A stretch of DNA of 64,000 nucleotides from Felis catus (lineage: Eukaryota), in the NCBI RefSeq assembly GCF_018350175.1, contig NC_058368.1, positions 213,840,001 through 213,904,000 on the forward strand. The letters are read 5' to 3'. Below are positions 56,271 through 64,000 of the stretch, piece after piece. Position 1 is the stretch's first letter. Every line of letters starts with the position of its first letter. The position numbers were made by a program, and so were the translations under genes. The notes beneath the pieces are model-generated. The model was not told the DNA's origin. It searched no databases and saw only the letters and a list, made by a program, of their open reading frames with translations.

Positions 56271-56576
56271 TTCTACAACTGTACAGTCTATATACTTATA
56301 ACTTTTTTCAATTTCTAAAATATATAATCTCTAAATTTATAAAAGAGACTAACAACAATGGTAGCGCTACCACATTTCTTTAGAAATTAGTGCTCTAGGG
56401 GCACCTGGATGGCTCAGTCGGTTGAGCATCTGACTTTGGCTCAGGTCATGATCTCACGGTTTGTGGGTTCAAGCCCTGCGTAGGGGTCTGTGCTGACAGC
56501 TCTGAGCCTGCAGCCTGCTTTGGATTCTGTGTCTCCTTCTCTCTCTGCCCCTCCCTCACTTGTACTCTGTCTCTCA

Positions 56577-56646
56577 TAAATAAAATAAAATAAAATAAAA
56601 TAAAATAAAATAAAATAAAATAAAATAAAATAAAAAAAATAAAATA
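56577..56646 (+). repeat. (TAAAA)n SINE-tail repeat
   Basis: Pentanucleotide run following the SINE at 56398. Confidence 0.9.
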
Positions 56647-57776
56647 GTGCTCTAAAATGGGGTTCTGGAAAAAGTCAACTAAAAGAAGTGTAGTAGGCTA
56701 AAATTAATTTATATAAACATCTATCTCTTAATTTTATATTATAAAGAAAAGTTACTGCTATGTAACTTTTTACCTGATATGAGTAGACTACATTCTAACA
56801 AAATGCATACATAAACAGTGGCAGAATTTCAGAGAACTTTATTACTAACGAAAGGCTTATAAGTCAATGTTTATAGATACATTAGGTATAATCCTTCCTG
56901 CGGATTGTGGTACAAATTGCGAGGTTGGAAGGACAATACTGGAAGAAAGGATATACAAGTTAAAGATGTGTTGCCTATCTAATTATTGAATAATGTGTCT
57001 AAGACACATTATCTTGTGCCTTAGTATTCAGACTTTTTAAGTGGAGGGGTAGGGAGTACTGGCTCAAGTAACATCTAAAGTCTCTTCTACTTCTTTCACT
57101 GGCTGGGCCACATTTTTTTTTTTAATCAGATTTTATTTAATTAATTAATTTAATGTTTATTTATTTTGAGAGAAAGAGAACATGAGTGGAGGAGAGACAG
57201 AGAGACACAGAACCCAAGGCAGGATCTAGGCCCTGAGCTATTAGTACAGACAGCAATGTGGGGCTTGAACCCACAAGCCAGGAGATCATGACCTGTGCTG
57301 AAAACTGGATGCTTAATGGACTGAGCCACCCAGGTGCCCCAGGCTACCTGTTTTTGTAAATAAAGGTTTATTGGAACACAGCTACACTCACTTGTTACAT
57401 AGTGTCCATGGTTGCTTTCATACTACAAGGGCAGAGATAAGTAATTGCAAGGCAGACTGTATGGCCAGCAAGCCTAAAATATTTAATATCTGGCTCTTTA
57501 TGAAAAAGTCAACAATTGGTGTAATTGAAATAAAACAGGCAAAGAAAAGAAAAAGAAAACACATGAGCTCGGCAAAGTCTAGTTCCCTTAATAGTTCATC
57601 ACATCTGCAAATTGTATTTCAAGCAAATAAAAGATCTCTAACAGGGGTGCCTGGCTGGCTGTTGGTGGAGCATGCAACTCTTGATCTCAGGCTCTTGAGT
57701 TCGAGCCCCACACCAGGGGCAGAGTTCACTTAAAAACAAAACAAAAGAAAAAATCATTAACAAAAATCACGTATTA

Positions 57777-57977
<201 letters not shown>

Positions 57978-59243
57978 TCAGCTGCAGGCTGAGAAACAAT
58001 GCTAAACGTAGCCGCCCGGAATTCGAAGCGCACCGAATAGTTAAACGGTAGGCAAATACAAAATCTGTTCGTCCTAGGTGGGTTTAGATAACGTTCTCCA
58101 GCTTGAAGTTCCAGGTTGCACCTCCAAAGGCCTTCAATGGGCATCTCTTGCTGCCATCTTGCCCCCCAACACAAACTCAGATGAAGCGGGTAAACAGATG
58201 GGCTCTCAGGAAAAAAAAAAACGGGTAATGAAGACACATTCTGGCATTAAGGGTGTGTTCAAGCCACCCTGGGTCTCCTGGCCTTTTCCACACCTTAGGC
58301 TGGTGGAGCCGGGCTAGGTAGTCTGTCAAGCTCTGCGGCTCTAGATTTAAACCGGAAGTGGACAGCAACGCTTAGCCCACGCTTGGCTTTTGCTCGGGTC
58401 TGTACACTCTATCTCTAGATCCTGGGAAACCCAACTTCCCGCCTCTCCTCTTAACTTTCTCCATCCATAAATCCGGAGCCCGCTCCTTCCCTCTTTCATA
58501 TCCGGATAATCCCCAAGGTCTACTAATTAAAAAAAAAAAAAAAAAAAAAAAAAGTCTTAGATGCATGATCCTCCCTCATAGGCTTCCAGAAGACCAGATA
58601 AAGGCACCATTTTAGCTACTCCAAAGTAGCACTGCCATAAAAAAATAGAAGATACCTTCGGTGTTTACAAACGCAGAGCTCTGTGTTAGAAGATTTATAA
58701 AGAAGCTTTTTAATGTTTATTTTTGACAGAGAGAGAGCGCGCGAGAGACAGAACGCAAGCGGGGGAGGGCCAGAGAGGGAGCGAGACGCAGAATCCGCAG
58801 CAGGCTCCAGGCTCAGCGCTGCCCGCACAGAGCCCCAGGCGGGGTTGAACCCCGAGATCGTGACCTGAGCCGAAGTCGGATGCTTAACCGACTGGGCCAC
58901 CCGGGCCACCCCATATTAAAGGATTTATGTACACACCCAGCACACAAAAATAGCAGCGGCCCTAAGGGTGCTAAGGTGATGGTCCCGTTTCACAGATGAC
59001 AGCCCACATTCTTTGCTAAAACCTTCCCACCTACACGGCAGGACTGTTTTGGAGACGCCAGGGAGAGCTGGAAGCCTCTGTTAAGAAGCAGGTTAAGGGA
59101 CTCTACAGTCAGAATGCGCAGGTTCGAAGCCCGACGCCACCAGCTGTTGGTTGCGGGATTTCTGGGCAAATCGCGAGGGTTAAATGAATTGCCCGACGCA
59201 TACTCAGCGAACCATACATGTCAGGGCCTGTTCCTCCCAGTTA

Positions 59244-59681
<438 letters not shown>

Positions 59682-59789
59682 TCACTGCGCACAAGGCGCT
59701 GTGGCCAGCCCAGAAGCTTTCTCTGTAGAGGTCCAGCTTTCTCCGGTTTGCTTTTTAATTTCCTTGGTTTCCTGTTCCGGAGGCGCGGG

Positions 59790-59869
59790 CGGCGCTACAG
59801 TCCTGGCGGCTGTAGAATAATCCTAGCTTTGCTTTGACGGCAACCTCGCGGCGCGAGAGCCTTTTGTAG
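59790..59869 (+). other. DROSHA: DROSHA 5'UTR exon 1 (start approximate)
   Basis: ...CTTTGCTTTGACGGCAACCTCGCGGCGCGAGAGCCTTTTGTAG|GTAAA resembles the recalled human DROSHA mRNA leader; GT donor at 59870. Confidence 0.75.
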
Positions 59870-60894
59870 GTAAAAGGGGCAACTTGCGGGTGTTGGAAGA
59901 GGGAGCGTTTCCGAGTGTCCGGGTTTAAACGCGGCTAAGAGCCCGGGGCTGGGGCGAGATGCGCCTTTGAGTTATGGTCGTGCAGCCCCTCTTCAGTTCT
60001 GCAGCTAAGGGCAAAAAAGCGACCCTAGGCCCGAATCCCGCAAATAGAAATGAAAAATGAGACCTTTCATTCATTTGTGGAACGCAGGCGGTGGTCCAGG
60101 CCCGGGGCTGCCGGGGTCTCGGAGTGCCGCGAGACCCTGAGCCCAGCGCTTGCCTCGTGGGGCTCACAGTCTGGCGGGAGATGCAAACAGGGGAAACCGC
60201 AACTACAGATGAGCTCGACGAAGGTGACCGGCCTGCAGATGCAAGTGGGGGGAAAGGTGTTCTTAATAACGTAGTTGCGCACTTTGCAACTCTTTGAGCA
60301 TAGGCTGATGTTCCTGGTCGTGTTAACTGTACAAAGCAGTTCCCTCAGTTTTCCTGCTTCCAGACAAGCAGTCTAGGAGTAGACCTACGCCGCAAACAAT
60401 TACTTTTCCAGTTGCAGTGAATTCCTTGACTTTTGAATTAAAATTTGCATCCATAAGATAGTCCGACTATGCCTTTAATGTGTCAGTTTCATAATTAGTG
60501 TTTTCAGATATTCTCTCCATAGAAACATCCATGAGGATCTAATCCTGAAAGTATAACTATTACACACTGTCCAACAGTGTTAGTGTTCCTGTTTCGCACA
60601 TCTAGGTTCAGTACACCCCTTTGTATTCCTCTAGACGCTGTGTTGAAGTCTTTTCTCTTGTTTATTGCTTTATTTAAGGAAAATGTATTTGTAAGTGGAT
60701 TGAGAGCTTGAGTCTTGCAGGCTGTGTGTCTTACTCAACTTTGAGTCTGTGGGGCCTGTGACATGTATAGGCTCATTGAATATTGTATGAATCAGTGAAA
60801 AGGTCCACTCTTTGGTTTTGATAATGCAAATCTGTGCTGGATATATGTGAAAGGGAAATGTACAGTAGCAAGTAGAAACATATGCCATTGGTGA

Positions 60895-61400
60895 GATAGT
60901 AAACATTTATTGACCACCTATGTGCAGGATGTTCTGCCAGGAGCTGTGAAGGATACAGAAATGACTTATGAATCAACCCATGTCCTCAAGGAGCTAATAA
61001 CCTAGTGGAGAAGTTAGAAATGTACACACATGACTATAATATGAGGCAGTCTCTGGTAAGTGCTGTAAAAGAACTAAGTATGGACTAAGCAATGGTAGTC
61101 TAGGGGGAGTGGGATTATTTTCTAAAGGGAACTAGGCAAGACTTCCCGGAAGAGGTGGCATTTGTAGGCAGATGAAAATTCAGTGGGCAGATTAATATGA
61201 GTAGGGAATTTTAGAAGAGTGGGAGCAAAGAACAAGCTGGCTGATAGCACCTGGTATGTTAGGCAACTGGGGAAATCTGGGATCATAGGCACTTCACAGG
61301 GAAGGTAATGGAGGATAAGCCTGCAAGAAGTTGGGTCCAAACTTGGAGTTTGAATTTGATTCCATTGGCCGTGAACCATAAGTAGCCTGTGGTGGCAAGA
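60895..61400 (-). mobile_element. LINE-2 relic (includes the exonised DROSHA 5'UTR exon)
   Basis: AAACATTTATTGACCACCTATGTGCAGG..GGATACAG..CCTCAAGGAGCT..CTAGTGG is the reverse complement of the L2 3' end; further L2 pieces at ~62050-62860. Confidence 0.7.
60928..61055 (+). other. DROSHA: DROSHA 5'UTR internal exon (128 nt, L2-derived)
   Basis: Acceptor TGTGCAG|, donor CTG|GTAAGT; GTGAAGGATACAGAAATGAC...ATGAGGCAGTCTCTG resembles the recalled human DROSHA 5'UTR. Confidence 0.72.
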
Positions 61401-61970
61401 TCAACTGGGTAGGTCCTGGGTTTATCATGAAGGTCTTAGCCTGAATAATAATCATAAGTCAGACCATATTTGGTGCCTACTAGTTATTAAGCACAGTGAT
61501 TGGCACTGCTATATAATCTGAAATTATTTTCGTGAGCCTTTTGAAAATCTACCTTAAGCCTATTGGTAAAGCTTTTAGTTAGATAGACTTTAAGAGGATG
61601 CTTCTGCATTAAAGTTCTTTGCACTTAATATTTATTTATTTAGTTTTTAAAACCTTTTGCTGAAGCTTGAGTATTTGGAAAGCCGTTCATGTTCACAGAA
61701 TTCTTCAGTGGAAAGAGTTGAGAATGAAATCAAGGATAACTGTTGTGTTTACAGAGTTATTTTGTTAGTATGCTAAGTGCATTAGAGAATGCAAAAATCA
61801 ATGTTAAGATAATTGCAGACATTAGCAGTTTGGGAAACATTTTCATGTGTGTTTTATTCTTTCTGTTCTCTCTGTTCTGTTTTATTCTTTCTGTTCTCCC
61901 TATTCTTTCTGTTCTGTTCTCTAGAGTTTATATTCTCTGTGGAAGATGTGACGTATCCAGACAGTACGTC

Positions 61971-61990
61971 ATGATGCAAGGCAATACGTG
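61971..61990 (+). CDS. DROSHA: DROSHA first coding segment (exon 61925-61990; MMQGNT + split codon)
   Basis: Acceptor TTCTCTAG| at 61924; ATGATG at 61971; donor |GTGAGT at 61991; 20 coding nt splice in frame to the next exon giving MMQGNTCHRMSFHPGRG. Confidence 0.92.
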
Positions 61991-62990
61991 GTGAGTAGTG
62001 TGACAGTCATGGCAGGGGTTTTGGAAGAACAGAGAGAAGAAGAGAAACACTGGCACTGGGCCCTGAGAGTGGGAAGGATTTATATATGTGGGGAGAGGAA
62101 GAAATGTGTTCCTGAGGGCCATGTACATAGTTAGGAACCCAGACTGCCCTGATAGAACTTACAGTTCTGAGGTGCAGGCAAACATGAAAGGTGGAATTAA
62201 TTGTGAATTGGAATTACTGTAGGAGCTGCCAAGAAGAAGCACAGAGTGTGAGAGCAGGGAGCCTGACAAAGCCCTGGTAGGTTGGTAATAGTGATTGTAG
62301 AAAGGCCAGCAGTGGCGTTATTATTGTAGCCAGGGGAGAAACAATGATGTGAAGTGGATGAACTCCGGAAGTATTTATGAAGTAGAAGTGATGGGAATTT
62401 AAAATAAATTTTTGGCTAAGGGGGATAAGGGAGGAGAAGTTGTCAGATAATTCCCTGGTGTATGACTTGAGGAACAATACATGTTATTATCTATTGAGAT
62501 AGGCAACACTGAAACGGGAGCCAGTGGTATTGTCTTGGCGGGGAAGGTCATTAATTCCTTTTGGGACATGTTATGTTGAATTTGCAGAGTCTCTGCTGAG
62601 TGTGGAGGAAGGTGAAGACAGGGAGATACTGGTGCAGGTGGAGAAAATGTGGGGTGTGTGGGTGGGATGACATGGCAAAGTTCACACTTTTGGGGAGCCT
62701 GAGCGAGGACATAATGGCAAACGTTTAAACAATGGGATGTTGAGTTGGTCATTCTCGAGGAACAGCTTTAGGGAGTGACAGAGTCCAGGGACTGAGACAG
62801 GGGAAGAGGAGTGTATTGGCCTTGAGGAGTCTTAGGTGTTACAGAGAACTCAACGTTAGATGGGTGGAATATTCCTGTGGCTGAAGGGGTCTGTCAGTTG
62901 CTCTTGAAGATGATCAGGCATTGTGAAACCCAGCTTATGGTGAGTTTTTAGTTCTTTTTCCCTTTTCTCTTTTTCTTTCCTCCCACAAAG

Positions 62991-63824
62991 TCATAGAATG
63001 TCGTTCCACCCAGGACGAGGGTGTCCCCGAGGGCGAGGAGGACATGGAGCCAGACCCTCAGCCCCAGCCTTCAGGCCCCAAAATCTGAGACTACTTCACC
63101 CTCAGCAGCCTCCTGTGCAATATCAATACGAACCTCCAAGTGCCCCTTCCACCACATTCTCGAACTCTCCAGCTCCCAGTTTTCTCCCTCCACGACCAGA
63201 CTTTGTACCCTTCCCTCCACCCATGCCTCCATCAGCGCAAGGCCCTCTTCCCCCCTGCCCTATACGACCCCCCTTCCCCAACCACCAGATGAGGCCCCCC
63301 TTCCCAGTGCCTCCCTGTTTTCCTCCTATGCCGCCTCCGATGCCCTGTCCTAATAACCCCCCAGTCCCTGGAGCACCTCCAGGACAAGGCACTTTCCCCT
63401 TCATGATGCCCCCTCCTTCCATGCCCCATCCCCCACCACCTCCAGTCATGCCACAGCAGGTCAATTATCAGTACCCTCCAGGATACTCACACCATAATTT
63501 CCCACCTCCCAATTTTAACAGCTTCCAGAACAACCCCAGTTCTTTCCCACCCAGTGCTAATAACAGCAATAGTCCTCATTTTAGGCACCTCCCTCCATAC
63601 CCACTCCCAAAGGCTCCCAGTGAGAGAAGGTCCCCAGAAAGGCTCAAGCACTACGAGGATCACAGGCACCGGGATCACAGTCACGGGCGAGGTGAGCGGC
63701 ATCGGTCCCTAGATAGGCGGGAACGAGGCCGAAGTCCTGACAGAAGAAGACAAGATAGCCGCTACAGATCAGATTATGACCGAGGGAGGACGCCGTCGCG
63801 TCACCGGAGCTATGAGCGGAGCAG
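62991..63824 (+). CDS. DROSHA: DROSHA (ribonuclease 3) large exon: proline-rich domain and start of RS-rich domain; gene continues beyond window
   Basis: Long polypyrimidine tract + AAAG| acceptor; 834 nt; ORF 62998..63828 MSFHPGRGCPRGRGGHGARPSAP...RHRSYERSR matches the recalled DROSHA N-terminus; donor CAG|GTAAAG. Confidence 0.96.
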
Positions 63825-64000
63825 GTAAAGCACAAACAACGTGTGTTTTTAATGAACTGCAGAGGTCCAGACACGGGCCATTTGTATTCCGCAAACCAGA
63901 CCAAAAAAGTTCAACAGTGCATTTTGATTTATAAAGGGAAGAATACATGCTATGGGCTGTTTTAAAGAGGGACAGACAACTGACATGTCAGAAAAAGCCA

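Noticed and set aside
60300..60420. Possible additional DROSHA 5'UTR exon between exon 1 and the L2 exon
   Set aside because: Candidate AG acceptors exist, but I could not pair them with a convincing donor from sequence alone
63021..63904. Gly-rich antisense and alternative-frame ORFs over the DROSHA exon
   Set aside because: Shadow of the Pro-rich, stop-poor sense codons

Overview
Mammalian genomic DNA from a cat-family carnivore, judged from about 45 feliform tRNA-derived CanSINEs (SINEC_Fc-like). The right third holds a head-to-head gene pair on one CpG-island promoter (~59.5-59.8 kb). One is the complete 9-exon C5orf22/UPF0489 orthologue on the minus strand (CDS 59471->41271, 1335 nt, 444 aa, all introns GT-AG, exon phases consistent). 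The other is the 5' end of DROSHA on the plus strand: two non-coding exons, the ATG exon and the 834-nt Pro-rich/RS exon, after which the gene leaves the window. The left ~39 kb is intergenic and repeat-dense. It contains a full-length but inactivated L1 (28098-34245, 14-bp TSD), truncated L1s, three solo ERV LTRs within 2.7 kb (two near-identical), old MaLR/ERVL/L2/MIR/DNA-transposon relics, and a decayed copy of the GOLPH3 last exon that keeps its intronic splice acceptor. I see no evidence of a wholly new multi-gene system. The best leads are the unprocessed GOLPH3 exon duplicate, the twin LTRs, a tiny L1 3'-transduction, the uORF-rich L2-derived DROSHA 5'UTR exon and the arginase-like metal motifs of C5orf22. 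Gene and repeat-family names come from my recall of known sequences, not from database searches. Repeat boundaries without a stated TSD are approximate.
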